NCBI GenBank assembly: GCA_965198315.1
Contig: OZ240616.1
Span: 1,159,096 to 1,223,095, forward strand
Length of the DNA stretch: 64,000 nt
Source: Candidatus Aldehydirespiratoraceae bacterium
GTDB lineage: Bacteria > Actinomycetota > Acidimicrobiia > Acidimicrobiales > Aldehydirespiratoraceae
Direction: 5' to 3'
The translations under genes were made by a program, and so were the position numbers. The notes beneath the pieces were generated by a model. It worked only from the letters and a program-made list of their open reading frames with translations. It made no database searches and was not told the origin of the DNA. Below are positions 62,908 through 64,000 of the stretch, piece by piece. How positions within the stretch are numbered: position 1 is the first letter of the stretch; each line of letters opens with the position of its first letter.

Positions 62908-63426
62908 TCAGTCGGTGCCTTCTGGCAGCAGATAGAAACCGTCGTCGTCAGCGGCGATGTCGAGCACGGCCAAGAAACGCCCGTTGCCGACTGTCATGGC
63001 GCACAGAGCCGTCAACTCGATTACTTCCACATCAGAGAAATGGGTGCGAACCTCGGCCATGAACTCGTCGTCGATCGAGTGATGGTTTCTGGCGAAGCGA
63101 TCAGCGAACTCACCGGCGAGGCGTTCACGTTCGGTCAAGCCCTCGATTGCGGGCGCTGTGCCGATCGAGCAGGTCATGACCTCTTGCACTGCGTCCTCGT
63201 CGAGACCCTGCGCGGCGGCTTTCGGTGAGCGGGTGTTGAGGCACACTCCGCAGCCGTTGGCGACCGCAACTCGGAGACGGGCGATCTCCCGCAGCCGAGC
63301 GGGCAGCGAAGTCTTCTCATACACCGCGTTGGCGAACACCCACATGCCTTTGGCCACGTCGGGCTGCATCATCAGCAACCGTTCCCGCTCGAGCCCTTCG
63401 CCGTCTACTACATCAATTCTTGCCAT
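62908..63426 (-). CDS. carboxymuconolactone decarboxylase (AhpD-like) family protein
   Basis: ORF track 172 aa. VAVANGCGVCLNT CxxC-containing CMD motif. Confidence 0.75.
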   Translation of the reverse strand: MARIDVVDGEGLERERLLMMQPDVAKGMWVFANAVYEKTSLPARLREIARLRVAVANGCGVCLNTRSPKAAAQGLDEDAVQEVMTCSIGTAPAIEGLTERERLAGEFADRFARNHHSIDDEFMAEVRTHFSDVEVIELTALCAMTVGNGRFLAVLDIAADDDGFYLLPEGTD

Positions 63427-63456
63427 TGTTCGATCCTAGAAGCGTCGCAGCGTGAC

Positions 63457-63903
63457 TTACGTCAGCACGTTCGGGCGGGGGAGGCCTTGGGCTTCGCACA
63501 TTGCCATGTAGGCGGCGTGAATACCTTCGGCGTCTGTGATCGACTCGACGTTGCCGTCGGCGTCGAGGTTGAGGTTGGAGCCGTAGATCTGGAACCACAC
63601 GTCGGTGAGTTCGGTGTTGTCGTCAGGCACCGTGAGGGTGTGCTCCGAACCGGCCGGTTCGTAGAGGAACGAGCCGGCACGGTTGATGTAGTCATATTCG
63701 GCGTACCTCCAGGCTCCGGTCAAGGTATAGCCGTACACCTGACCGGTGTGGCGGTGTTTTTGGACCACAACACCGGGCGCGAAACGGTTACGCACGATCC
63801 AGAGACCGGCCTCGATATCAGCTTGCACCAACTTGAGTTCAACACCTGTACCGGTATCGACCCAGGGGATCTCTTCTTCGCCGAGGTGGAATGCTTCTGT
63901 CAT
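63457..63903 (-). CDS. cupin-fold protein, 2,4'-dihydroxyacetophenone dioxygenase-like
   Basis: ORF track 148 aa. VQKHRHTGQVYGYTLTGAWRY...YEPAGSEHTL cupin His motifs. Confidence 0.65.
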   Translation of the reverse strand: MTEAFHLGEEEIPWVDTGTGVELKLVQADIEAGLWIVRNRFAPGVVVQKHRHTGQVYGYTLTGAWRYAEYDYINRAGSFLYEPAGSEHTLTVPDDNTELTDVWFQIYGSNLNLDADGNVESITDAEGIHAAYMAMCEAQGLPRPNVLT

Positions 63904-64000
63904 GGCGCGCCAGCGTAGATCGCCGGTCGTCGGTTGGCGAAACGCGTCAGCCTGAGAGGCCCAGGAGACGCGACGCGGAAGCTAGTTGTCTTCCGCTCTT

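Overview
Visibly high-GC, densely coding chromosomal segment of an actinobacterium. Markers: WhiB, the ppk1-Nudix arrangement, PDZ-Lon/UPF0182 synteny, and a ChlI-like AAA+/VWA pair. I support about 60 protein genes, mostly housekeeping or metabolic. They include sdhC-sdhA, tag, tatA, a ROK kinase-ppk1-Nudix operon, moaE, mreB, guaB, two ABC exporter systems, and acyl-CoA/hydrolase genes at the right end. I found no rRNA, tRNA, CRISPR array, transposase or integrase. The ORF track treats GTG/TTG as start codons, and many long ORFs antisense to real genes are GC-driven shadows. Main observations: (1) a TlpA/ResA-like thioredoxin-fold gene has an in-frame TGA exactly at the nucleophilic Cys position (W-U-G-C), followed by a SECIS-like hairpin, so it is a candidate selenoprotein that the ORF track splits in two. 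(2) Two translationally coupled genes each carry an N-terminal Rieske domain: Rieske-glutamate-synthase-FMN and Rieske-TPP enzyme. (3) A DivIVA/coiled-coil/acidic-repeat protein ends in a phage Mu-F-like PPxHPxCxC motif and sits between normally adjacent PDZ-Lon and UPF0182 genes. (4) A roughly 5.5-kb decay/island zone (35.7-41.2 kb) replaces all but the first ~62 codons of the lhr helicase. It holds an HNH/DUF222 gene, odd tandem repeats, an orphan HigA, and a frameshifted EamA gene. (5) SdhC carries a repeat-built Pro/Ala/Thr tail. All family calls come from motif recognition by eye and need HMM/BLAST confirmation.
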